Shown piece after piece: positions 35,901 through 44,675 of a stretch of DNA of 44,675 nt. Position 1 is the first letter of the stretch. Every line of letters begins with the position of its first letter. Position numbers and translations under genes: made by a program. The stretch is from Nemertoderma westbladi (Eukaryota > Animalia > Xenacoelomorpha): the NCBI GenBank assembly GCA_032718475.1, contig JAUCBJ010005227.1, positions 1 to 44,675 of the forward strand, given 5' to 3'. Below the pieces are notes generated by a model. That model did not search any database, was not told the DNA's origin, and was given only the letters and a program-made list of their open reading frames with translations.

Positions 35901-38620
35901 CTTATGTCAGAGAAACAGGTTCGCCGTTGGTGTCCTTGTCTGAGGCAATTATAACATAACCGCTTATCCCACATGACTTCGCGTCTCTCAGTTAATGATT
36001 TCTTTAGAAATTCATCACACATATTCAAACGGTGGGTCCCGTCGCATAGCGCACATTTCGGTTTGATGTTACTTACTTTATTCTGAGTCACATTGTGTAC
36101 ACTTGCTTTTTCTTCGGGCTTTCTCACCTGAATTCTCTTGGGAGACGTAGGAGGAGTTTTTCTTACCTGTTCTCTCCTGTCATTTGTTTGAGACTTGAAT
36201 TTACTCACCTGATCTTTAGGCATTTTATTCACGTAATAAGATCTATCAGTGTCCTTCCCGCTATCTTCTCCTTGAGAAGTCTGGCTTTCGCCGTCGTCTG
36301 TGTAACACACTGGTGTTACCTTTCTCCTAGAGACGGGTTTTTCACTTACCTTGTTTTCCGGTGTCTTCTCTCTGGATTGCTTGAGGAGTTGCAATTTCAC
36401 TTCTCCATCCAGGAATGACATGAGATCTGCCATGGTAGGGTCTCGTTGTTGTTGTTCCATCATATATAGTACTTTCTTATCCCAGCGTGTGCCTACCCCA
36501 CCTTTCGGTAAAGTAGAAGCCACAGCTCCAATGACCATAGAACTTTGGTATTCATGAGACTTACCTAACCAATCTAATTGTCTACAGATCTCTTGAATCT
36601 CATCGGAAAACTCTATTATCCCACTGCTGATGAACTTTCTGGGCGCTACTAATTTTGCATATAAATACTTAGCGATATTATTCCTATTACCATACCTGAT
36701 GTTTAGTGTGTCCCAAACTTGTCTTAATCCATCTGGATGTCCAATAAACTTTAACGCCATTAACTTGGGGGATCCTTCCAAGCACTCGATGAGGAATCTA
36801 AGTTTCTCTCCATTAGACAGTACAGAGTTCTGGATGTTATCTTTGTAATATTCATTAAAAGGTAACCATTTCATCTCATCTCCATTGAACTTGACGATCT
36901 CTCCCACCTTTACCGCTTGCCGGGCTTCGGTTCTAGCCATTTGAGGCGTAAAACTTTCTTGGGCCATCGTGTTATTTAATATCGAGTTATCGGTATATAA
37001 ATTTTTCGGATTATAATCCGGTCTATAGGGAATATCATTATCAACAGGTCTATAATTACCCTTAATAGGGTTCACTATAGGAGTTTCTACTTCGCTAGCA
37101 GTATAGTTGCGTGTAGGCTCCACACCTTGCGCATGTGGTACTTCAGACCTAACAGGTTGACACATTGTTACAGAGGGTGGTGGTATACCTTTTTGTGTGT
37201 TCACTAATTTATCGCGCTCTAGCGCGATACTTTGCTGCACTTCTTGCAACTCTAGTCTACTTTCCCTTACTGTGCCCTTAAATTGCTGAACAGTCTCCTG
37301 CATCTGCCCGAGCAGGAGATCCATCCCCCGCCGTCTCTCGTCCACCCATTCGACCGCAGAAGCGGGAGTCGCCAACGATGTAGCGGGCGGACGAGGGACA
37401 ACGGGCGACAAATTATGAATATTTCGCTCGGGGTCCAGGACCTGAACTGTCTCCTGGGCAGTTCTACGGGGCACAGGTAGCTTAGTGCTATGTAGAGGGA
37501 ATTTAGAGGTAACTTCAGGGAGTACAGGTGTGTCTATCACCGAAGGGGTGATTTCGAGAACAAGCCTAATTGTTTCAGGCTCATCTACTATAGTAGGGAG
37601 TCTTTCGATTTTAATTATTTGGTCTGTGGGTTCTGTACTGCCTAAGTTGGTGTTATTTAGTTGCCTTCTAACCGCTGGAGGCAAATCAGGCAATTTCTGA
37701 CGGTGGAATGTTCTTTTACGTCTGCTTAGGCGAGATCGATTTCCTCCGCCTTCAATGTCGGTGGTATCGCCTTCCTCAGATGATGTATAACCTTGTCGTT
37801 TGGGAGTAGATCGACTCATCATCTGCATATTACTAGCTGTTAACTGTTTATTTATGCAGTCTTGATTCTCCTGAATGTTTTCCAATTCTAATTGGATGGT
37901 TTCTTCAGCCGCTCTCCGTTCTGCTTCTGCCACTGCCTCTGCCGCTTTTCTTTCCGCTTCGGCCGCTGCCATTGCCGCCTTTCGTTCTGCTTCTGCCGCT
38001 TTTGCCTCTGCCGCTGCCTCTGCCGCTGCCGCTTTTCTTTCTGCTTCTGCAGCTACCACTGCTGCTGCTACTGCCGCTGCCTTTCTGTCTTCTATACGTT
38101 TTTTCTTTACTTGTTCTTCCTTTTCTCTAGCGATGCGGAGTTGTTCATCGAATTTAGCTTGGTTCGCCGCTAACCTATCTACATCTATTGCATCCAACAC
38201 ACGCTGGGCTCCTTCACTATTAGGGCTAAGTCCATCTAGCCTTCTCCTCAACTCTTCATCTCCCAAAAAACGCTGATAGTCTGACAGATAGATGTCAATG
38301 GCATCCTTCTTATGCGGTTTCTCTGCCGTCGCTTCACTTTCCACTTGGGAAAAAGTAGCGTCCGTTGATTCTCCATGGGTTGAGCGCGCCTCCAACTGAG
38401 CTTTCCACTGAGCTGCTCCTTGAACCTGGCGATTCACTCGTTGAAACCAAGTCTTTACGGCAACTTGCAACGACGTGTCTTGTCTTCTTTTAGAAGCCTC
38501 CTCAAAGGCTGATAAGATTAGCCTAATTCGCAGAATTCTTTCTCTAACTTGATAAAGCAGTTGTCCCTGCTCTTGAGGTCCTTTAGGTTGTTGAAACAGT
38601 TGTTTTTCTACTCGCTCCAT
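32930..38620 (-). CDS. BEL/Pao gag-pol polyprotein (capsid-like region, 3 zinc knuckles, protease, RT, RNase H), 1896 aa
   Basis: FNGDEMKW...GEKLRFL; CALC/CYNC/CAKC...HHILLH; ALLDSGS; RVVFDGS; DIEGMFLQV; YMDD; FDPLG; HVFGDAS; PRAEL; NPADIASRG. Confidence 0.97.
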   Translation of the reverse strand: MERVEKQLFQQPKGPQEQGQLLYQVRERILRIRLILSAFEEASKRRQDTSLQVAVKTWFQRVNRQVQGAAQWKAQLEARSTHGESTDATFSQVESEATAEKPHKKDAIDIYLSDYQRFLGDEELRRRLDGLSPNSEGAQRVLDAIDVDRLAANQAKFDEQLRIAREKEEQVKKKRIEDRKAAAVAAAVVAAEAERKAAAAEAAAEAKAAEAERKAAMAAAEAERKAAEAVAEAERRAAEETIQLELENIQENQDCINKQLTASNMQMMSRSTPKRQGYTSSEEGDTTDIEGGGNRSRLSRRKRTFHRQKLPDLPPAVRRQLNNTNLGSTEPTDQIIKIERLPTIVDEPETIRLVLEITPSVIDTPVLPEVTSKFPLHSTKLPVPRRTAQETVQVLDPERNIHNLSPVVPRPPATSLATPASAVEWVDERRRGMDLLLGQMQETVQQFKGTVRESRLELQEVQQSIALERDKLVNTQKGIPPPSVTMCQPVRSEVPHAQGVEPTRNYTASEVETPIVNPIKGNYRPVDNDIPYRPDYNPKNLYTDNSILNNTMAQESFTPQMARTEARQAVKVGEIVKFNGDEMKWLPFNEYYKDNIQNSVLSNGEKLRFLIECLEGSPKLMALKFIGHPDGLRQVWDTLNIRYGNRNNIAKYLYAKLVAPRKFISSGIIEFSDEIQEICRQLDWLGKSHEYQSSMVIGAVASTLPKGGVGTRWDKKVLYMMEQQQRDPTMADLMSFLDGEVKLQLLKQSREKTPENKVSEKPVSRRKVTPVCYTDDGESQTSQGEDSGKDTDRSYYVNKMPKDQVSKFKSQTNDRREQVRKTPPTSPKRIQVRKPEEKASVHNVTQNKVSNIKPKCALCDGTHRLNMCDEFLKKSLTERREVMWDKRLCYNCLRQGHQRRTCFSDIRCAKCGAKHHILLHTEFERNSPNQVSDSELHVQFSDVNDTDQSEMEGFYTDEFSDENESCYMINTAVYRALTYEKDTDSDLTLTTSERQPSWKEPSSNVGIREFPVVQVRVHGPKRSYVVNALLDSGSTGTFIDQELAEDIFAGQPKFRTTLNMSGIMQVWKSTITADYYVGALSTPQDELGEHSIRSVKMVAIKNFATTQADLYNWDEDESIQHLNIPRFQTDYPGVQILIGQNAHEALETLEKRPAQPQPLQTYAVRTRVGWYFTGPSRRTLRERLPQERVCQVSEWEEDTSEGDDLTEGTPYSSDNDDIHQLFDEENTIDLLKENEAWQNQVNLCQLLYPSEREAYNDELNDVIERCNAKTRDEHAVRFFTQEAVEPNSYDKALSVEEERAKQIQETTTRFIKDQGRYEVGLPFRKKEPKFINNRPLAEKRIAQLHRRLTANSSVKAMYQTQLEKFINKGYAERVPEETPVTERTYYLTHHYVPKPGKPNEVRVVFDGSALYMGQSLNSELLPGPNLLQSLLGILLRLRQYSIAFASDIEGMFLQVKVLDRDRDSLRFLWWPEGDLNQKPVEYWMTIQAFGIISSPSNACSVVRTTAEDNREAFSKEVIDNIKRDIYMDDNLKSLPSVEEAIEVAKGTVECLKRGGFRLTKFTSNSREFLESIPAEDRGAKDLDLIKDDLPETKTLGLKWDTERDILFFQLKQRDNPVRTKRICLSILSTYFDPLGFISPVILIARSLVQQMWLENHSWDDPLKGELLKKWMKWEDSLPAIEDFIISRSYFGPDLPTYSYQLHVFGDASDMGIGIVAYLRVETPDGIKVALVTSKALINNKLKVPRAELKAALYATAIGRNVTEQIDYPLEKTVYWTDALLVLEYITNEVCQFSVFVTNRVAIILSRTTMDQWRHCPGTINPADIASRGATPKELVNTPEWLGGPDFLYQEEEEWPPHLTTAEIRQAKGAEKVKPKTRASKSKLFKPAVDLSVLFTS

Positions 38621-39060
38621 AGAGCTCTAGTTGATCGCTGACTTCTCGCCCAATCGATCTGGTGTTCTTCCACCGCGATCAATAACCTAGTGAGTACGGC
38701 TGCAGGAAGGATGAGAAGGGGATCCGTATAAACCGCATCCGTCATCTCTGCTCCGCGCTCGGGTGTCAGCTCTACAGTATCCTCACTACTGGAGCTGTTG
38801 GGCCGCTGAGAAATAAGTTCTTGGCTCGCGGGTTGTTGCTGTTCCGCTGCTTCTTGGTCCCGCTTGACCTGAGCTCGAGTGCCTATGATAGACCTACGAT
38901 GTTGGACCAGCCTAGGTTCTGTTATTACTACTGGAGGGATAACCTTCCTCACAGTGGGAGGTGAACTGAACTTACGACCAGACGATTTTACATCTCTATC
39001 TGAGTCGCAGATAGTTACATCTAATAGGCTGTCTGACAGGTTCTGCTTAGTATCAGACAT
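38608..39060 (-). CDS. Probable N-terminus of gag (150 aa), out of frame with the main ORF
   Basis: ATG ORF begins where the AT-rich leader ends and overlaps the start of the 1896-aa ORF by 13 nt. Confidence 0.6.
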   Translation of the reverse strand: MSDTKQNLSDSLLDVTICDSDRDVKSSGRKFSSPPTVRKVIPPVVITEPRLVQHRRSIIGTRAQVKRDQEAAEQQQPASQELISQRPNSSSSEDTVELTPERGAEMTDAVYTDPLLILPAAVLTRLLIAVEEHQIDWARSQRSTRALWSE

Positions 39061-39255
39061 GTTTGTGAGTAAGTACAGTTGAATGCCTACTGCTATATTA
39101 CAGTCTAAGCAAGTCTAGTAATTCAGTATTAACTGCTAGCCTAGTAATTAATTACCGATACTGCTACTCAGTATAGTGTGATATATATAATATATTAAAA
39201 TACCAGTATGCTTATAGTATATATAAGTATTATTACAGACTAGGTTTATCTCAGA

Positions 39256-39438
39256 ATACCGGTATAATTTTAGCACAAATATATATAAATATATAATAGG
39301 CCTATCGGGAATACCGGTATACAGCTTACAGTTTGTAGTATAGATAATTCTGGACTAGAATTAATTACAAGTACCGGTATAATTTCAGCCTAAATTTACA
39401 GAAATAAAGATAATAGGCCTATCGTAAATACCGGTATA
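39256..39438. repeat. Two-copy diverged repeat (~115-bp period) in the BEL leader
   Basis: TACCGGTATAATTT.AGC...TAATAGGCCTATCG..AATACCGGTATA occurs twice. Confidence 0.8.
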
Positions 39439-40431
39439 TCAATTATTTTAAATAATTGAATTTCTGAATTTTAGGGTTACTTTGTTACTTTACTTACTTT
39501 ATTACCGTTATTTGAGCAGTAGTCCAACTGATATTGAGACCTAATTGTTGTATGGCAGGCCTACTATTTATAAATCGTTTGAGTTGATTTATAATATATA
39601 TATACCCGTTTAATGGGTTTTGTCAATGTTGAAATAAATGTTATTATTTCTGGGGGGTAATCACTGCACAAAGCGGTACGCTTTCAGTGAAGTGTTACTT
39701 ATAAGACACTAAAACAAATAATGCTAATTTACCTAAGTTACTTAATACTACAAATTACGTACGATTCGGGTTGAGATTACAATCTCTAAATAAACACAAA
39801 AATTTACAAAAAACACAAAATACGAATTTTTAGGGTAATTTTACAAGAAGTCTACAAACCAGCCTAACAAAGGGTTAGAATCTGGTTATTACAACGAACA
39901 GGGTACTACGGTATTTGAAAATAATAAGTAGTAGTAAATACACTGCGTTGTCCAGATAGGAAAATACCACCGCCTGACGACCTATAGCCGTATCGCTATA
40001 GGTTCTACGTTATGTATCACGGAGTGTTCCTACCTAGAAGCTAATAGAGCTAATCGAAGGTGCCTATCAACCACTTTACAACACAAATATAATGCCTACA
40101 ATAATTACTTTCGGAAAGCACTGTACACTAAACCCTAAATTAGGTACGAGTACTTGTACAACAGATAATCAGTAGTTAAATATACTTGAACAGCTAAAAG
40201 AACCACGGCATCTGCTGGAGTGACCGGTGCACAAAATCACCAGTCTTTACCTACGCCAAGCAGCCCGTGTAGTACCGGGGTTAATTTAACTATAGCGGTA
40301 TGTATAACAAACACAATTACTGTAGGAACAAACTTGGGGAATGAATGTTGCGGATAATCGCATAAACTCTGAATAATAAATATTACGCTACGCGTACAAA
40401 CTACTCAAACAAAATGCAGACCGAACACTGA

Positions 40432-40948
40432 CAGACTACTATCAAGCCTAAACAAACTACGGTATATGCAGACTCCGAAATAATTAGGTAGTATGCGTTC
40501 TAACCCAGTAGTACGACTTATTCTTTAATTGGGGGTTTACCTTACAGCATTCGCTGCCCCTACTTCCTAACCGTTCTTTATCGGACAAGTGATCTACACA
40601 CGCTGCAATCCGTTCAGACCCAACAACAGCCAGACAACTATCCAGCCTACAAATTATCTAAATAAAATTATACGCTACCCGTACAGACTTACACAAACAA
40701 AGTACAGACTAAACGATGGCAGACTACTCTCAAGCCTAAATAAACTACAGGACATGCAGACTCCGAAATAATTAGGTAGTATGCGTTCTAACCCAGTAGT
40801 ACGACTTATTCTTTAATTGGGGGTTTACCTTACAGCATTCGCTGCCCCTACTTCCTAACCGTTCTTTATCGGACAGATGATCTACACACACTGCAATCCG
40901 TTCAGACTTAACAGCAATCAGACAACAGCTCAGCCTACAAATTGTCTG
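40432..40948. repeat. 288-bp-period direct duplication in the BEL leader
   Basis: GCAGACTCCGAAATAATTAGG...TTCTTTATCGGACA is identical at ~40468 and ~40756. Confidence 0.92.
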
Positions 40949-41122
40949 TACAATCTGATCAGGCTTACACGTCTTCTGTTCAATACTGGCCTACAAACAA
41001 ATAAAACTTGACAGAAATAAGTAAAATCTCAATAAAAAACCAGGGCGGCCGTTCCCTGATTAAGTACTAAGACCTACCGGTATACAACAATCAAATCGAA
41101 TAATACTAATGTACTTATACGG

Positions 41123-41250
41123 GAAGTACCGGTTAGGACAGTTAGGCCTACGGACCTACAGAAGTACCGGTTCTGGCAGTTGGACCTACGGGCCTACAGC
41201 AGTACCGGTTCTGGCAGTTGGGCCTACTGACCTACAGAAGTACCGGTTCA
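41123..41250. repeat. 38-bp tandem repeat (AGTACCGGTTCTGGCAGTTGG.CCTAC...), about 3.3 copies
   Basis: AGTACCGGTT recurs at ~41125, 41163, 41201 and 41239. Confidence 0.85.
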
Positions 41251-41303
41251 AGTTTACCGGTTGACCGGTATTTTCAACTTTATTGCTTACTGCAATAAAG
41301 AAG

Positions 41304-41317
41304 CATATATCCTTTAA
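41304..41317 (-). promoter_or_regulatory. Non-canonical primer-binding site candidate TTAAAGGATATATG, complementary to the element's own LTR
   Basis: Flush with the 5' LTR end with no TGG; perfect 14-nt inverted match to 42058-42071 and 24731-24744. Confidence 0.6.
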
Positions 41318-43306
41318 TGTTCGCGCTTTCAGACCTTTGGCAGTTTAACCCGCCAAATTAGGATGTCTTCTAGATATTAAATCGCCTTTTAGCCTATGAC
41401 AAGTATTTGATTCACTACACTAGTCGAAACCAATCTGTGCGCGATCATTCACCCGCTGGTTATACCCGGGAGATTGGGTTCGACGGCTTAATCTTATTGC
41501 TATGTAAGCCTAATGTATTATTCGACTGACAGTATTATATAATCTCTGACAATATTATTCACCTTCGGGGAATATTAACAGTTCCTTTAGGACGTGGCGC
41601 TCTATCTATATAAACAGAGTTATGACTTAAACTACTCACAACGATATGGTTTAGTTATAATTCACATATATGGCGCATTCTTTAGGAAATGCTTCTTTAA
41701 CAGACTCACTCATACACAATGCTGCACAATACTGCACACTAATCTGCCGATCTTCACTGATTTTAGTCACATATAAAAGGAACACAGACTGACTCATGTA
41801 GGGTCTATCAAATAACATTCGATTCACTTCAAACCACTTTAACATAAGTCACAATCGTTTATCTGTAACCTTTCTCTCTTACCTTCGGTATATCAAGAAT
41901 ATTGGGTTTCGGGGTTATTTATCGTTATTCCAAATATAATAATTCATCAACCATATTATGAAGAACTGACAGTAAATAGCAGTATAAAACAACAAGTGAC
42001 TACTGATTGTTATGAGTTTGCAATGTTTCAGCAGTGTTTGCAGAGTGATATTCACAGTTAAAGGATATATGTCCTTATAATTAACCCTATTAAACCCGGG
42101 GGGGGGGGTCAATATGACCCCCCCCGTGGTTTTTTTATTATAATTCTGAAACAAAAGCAGTTGGGAATCTGAAATTTTATGACTTTTCCTAAAAATCTAT
42201 TGTCTTCCTAGTAGTGAAAACCGTTTTCAAAAATATTGGGTACTTTTTGAGTTATAGCACCATTTTTTAACCCTACTTTTGGCACTTTTTTTGAGACGTT
42301 TTTTGAAAATTACATTTCATTAAATATGAATTGTAACATCTCTATTTTTGATTTACACCAAAATTTGCCAAATTACGCCGAAAAATACAAGTAGCAATGA
42401 TCTGGCATATTAGAAATGTATTCCATTAGAATCAGCGCCCTCGAAAACCTGAAAATGTGAATTTATAGCATCGTATAAGTGAATTACAAATTTTGTGTTC
42501 TAACTGAAAAGTGCTGGTTACTTGTTTTTTTCATTTTTTTCCTACGCAGAGAGGACTAAACAGCTATTTATAGTAATCATATCATTTTTTAATGTTTTCC
42601 AATGTATTTTGCACCCCAGAAAACCTGTATTGAAAAATAATTAGCCGAAAATGTAACTTTCAAATTTGGTGAAAATTGTGCACTACTTGTAATTTTGGTG
42701 CTGCAATATAACCACCCCAGTACATTTTTTCGAAAAATTTTTTTTTCGGTCGGATCCAGACAAGTGATACAAAAAATCAGACGTTTTCGTAAATATTTGT
42801 ATATTTTAGAGGGGGGGGGGTCAATATGACCCCTCCCCGGTATTTGTACAACATTTTATAGCCCGGTACTAATAGGGTTAAACCTACTAGTGTTGAGCTA
42901 AAAAGCAGAAAAGCACAAAACACTATAAAGCCGTTCTTTCGTGGCTTTGAAAAACTCGTGACTACTACTCTATACGAGGATACCAACTACACTTATTCCA
43001 CGAAGCTCCCGTTCAACACAGAGAAAGAGCAGTGAGATAGGAAAATTTCAGTTCAGTAGCTCTGTGATAGGTCAAAATCAAGGCTAACTCAAATTCTATT
43101 GGGAGATACAAAAACAGGGCTATGACGCAACCTTCCTAGGCTGGTTGGCCGATTAAACAGAGCCCAGATACCTGCGTACAGCAAATCAGCCAATAAGCTG
43201 GTAGCTTGCACTATTTTAACTATAGATCCCTTTTTGAGTATTCTAGCGACCGGGGGGAACTGGCCAGCAAAGCAAACGAACCAGTTATCCCACAAAAGCT
43301 TTTACA
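41318..43306 (-). repeat. 5' LTR (1192 bp plus a 797-bp insertion)
   Basis: Matches 23991-25182; 1989 minus 797 equals 1192. Confidence 0.97.
42085..42877. mobile_element. piggyBac-type MITE (793 bp), TTAA TSD
   Basis: TTAA at 42081-42084 and 42878-42881, whereas the 3' LTR has a single TTAA. Imperfect TIR CCCTATTAnnnCCGGG; subterminal GGGGGGTCAATATGACCCC quasi-palindromes at both ends; no transposase ORF. Confidence 0.92.
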
Positions 43307-43483
43307 CCCCGGACACTTCCCCCGGACACTTCCCCCAGTTAAAGTGTTAAAATTAATTTGGGTGCATCAAAGCAATAAACAAAAGGTAAAGATGGTTACA
43401 GGACAAGTTATATCTAGACAAGTTTTTTAAAATTATAAAAGAAACATTTTTATAGTCAAATTTTATTTGTTTTTCTTTTATTT

Positions 43484-43581
43484 GGGGGCTGCCGCCCCCA
43501 AACCCCCGCTTCTTTTGTTGGGGGCTACCGCCTCCAAACCCCTGCTTCTTCTCTTGGGGGCTGCCGCCCCCAAACCCCGGC
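43484..43581. repeat. 36-bp tandem repeat, about 3 copies (GGGGCTGCCGCCCCCAAACCCC), probably internal to the C-rich DNA transposon
   Basis: Direct inspection. Confidence 0.85.
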
Positions 43582-44102
43582 ATTTCCCTGTGTTCCTGTG
43601 GTGAAAGATTTTGAGACCGTTTTGAAATAATCAATTCATGTTTGTATCATAAGATAATAAATCGACTAAGCCTAAAGTAGGAGCTGTATTGAATGCTAAC
43701 CAAATTAATATATAAATTACTACACAACATTATATAATTCAACAAAATCCTATTAAAAATATTGCAAGTAACCAGGAAATTTAATATGTAGTGTGTATAA
43801 TATCTATATAGTATGTATAGTAATATGTATATCAATATGTAATGCTGAACACAGAATACAGGTTGACGCATGTCGATTTTACCCTGGAGAGGTATAATTT
43901 TGATTGCAACAATAATATTCATCCCCATCTGCTACAATTTGAAGAAGACTATTACATAATAATACCTATAATTAAAACAATTAATAATTATAATTCTATA
44001 GTTAATAAAAACAGTATATCATTCGGGGGATGGAATTTATAGGTCATCTAATTAATTGTTTAAAAATTAGCAAACAATACGATGTAATTACATTGATAAA
44101 AC

Positions 44103-44675
44103 TGTGACGGGATCCGGGAATCCCGACCGGTTGGTTGTTTTATTTACGCGTCCCCGCCGTGTGTGAAAAGAGTTTATTGGATTGAGAGTTCTGAAGTTGT
44201 TGATTAATATGTATAAATATAGTGAATGAATAAAGCATAGACACAGTTATTGAATTAATTAAGTGAATGAAACACCGGTAAAATAGTTGATAATGGTGGC
44301 GGCAGTGGACGGTAATAAAAGTTGCCGTTCCGCCCTAACTGAACTGACTAACTAAGTAAATGATATGAGAAACAACAACTGGTAATATACTGCTCTGTTT
44401 TGGCCATATTACATTACTCAGCGGATGCCTGCCCCCCATTGGCTAATAACCTAATTCTCGCCCTCCCATCTCTCTGGGAGTGTTCTCCCCCTCCACTGTC
44501 ACTTTCCCTCTCCCGGAGGTGTAACCTCTGACCCCCGTTGTGTGTGGCCCTTTGGGGTTTGTCGTCCCCGTTTATTGGGGTGATACGAGGTCGATTGGCA
44601 ATCAACCTCGTACTCCCCAATATTGCTTAAAGGCCCTGCTTGTCCAACTTTGTGGGGTGGTTAGCGGAATTGAAT
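44103..44675 (-). mobile_element. Possible end of another LTR running off the window
   Basis: Abrupt compositional change at TGTGACGG; on minus, AATAAA lies ~35 nt before a ...TCACA end. No partner LTR or coding sequence in the window. Confidence 0.3.

Larger units (their letters stand above)
23991..43306 (-). mobile_element. Full-length BEL/Pao LTR retrotransposon, 19,316 bp, 5-bp TSD CCCCG (23986-23990 and 43307-43311)
   Basis: Paired TG...CA LTRs, TSD, and gag-PR-RT-RH-IN order with the BEL triple zinc knuckle. Confidence 0.97.

Noticed and set aside
33735-38276. Plus-strand ORFs over gag-pol (also over the LINEs)
   Set aside because: Antisense shadows of real coding frames.

Overview
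Eukaryotic, AT-rich, transposon-dense genomic DNA; the element repertoire suggests an invertebrate animal. There are no prokaryotic operons, CRISPR arrays or rRNA genes. The left half (0.9-22 kb) holds decayed, partly nested retroelements: a 5'-truncated RTE LINE with an 11-bp TSD, a GalEa-type Ty1/copia remnant with a tRNA-iMet PBS, an RTEX-like LINE interrupted by a CRE-clade (RLE) element plus a flanking duplication, an L2/Crack-like fragment, and several minisatellites. At 22.3-23.8 kb (+) lies an exon of a putative host gene for an Arg/Ser-repeat, single-TM, fibrinogen-related (FReD) protein. In its probable intron, inside a C-rich DNA-transposon-like repeat, sits a very young 19.3-kb BEL/Pao LTR retrotransposon (23991-43306, minus strand; 1192-bp near-identical LTRs; CCCCG TSD; a piggyBac-type MITE in the 5' LTR). 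This element has two unusual traits. (1) After pol it carries a ~1,400-codon non-env cargo ORF with a DEDDy (WRN/RNase D-like) 3'-5' exonuclease and three CCHC-type zinc fingers. (2) It has no tRNA PBS; instead the 14 nt flush with the 5' LTR are perfectly complementary to a sequence in its own LTR, suggesting tRNA-independent self-priming. All calls are by-eye motif recognition; no database searches were run.
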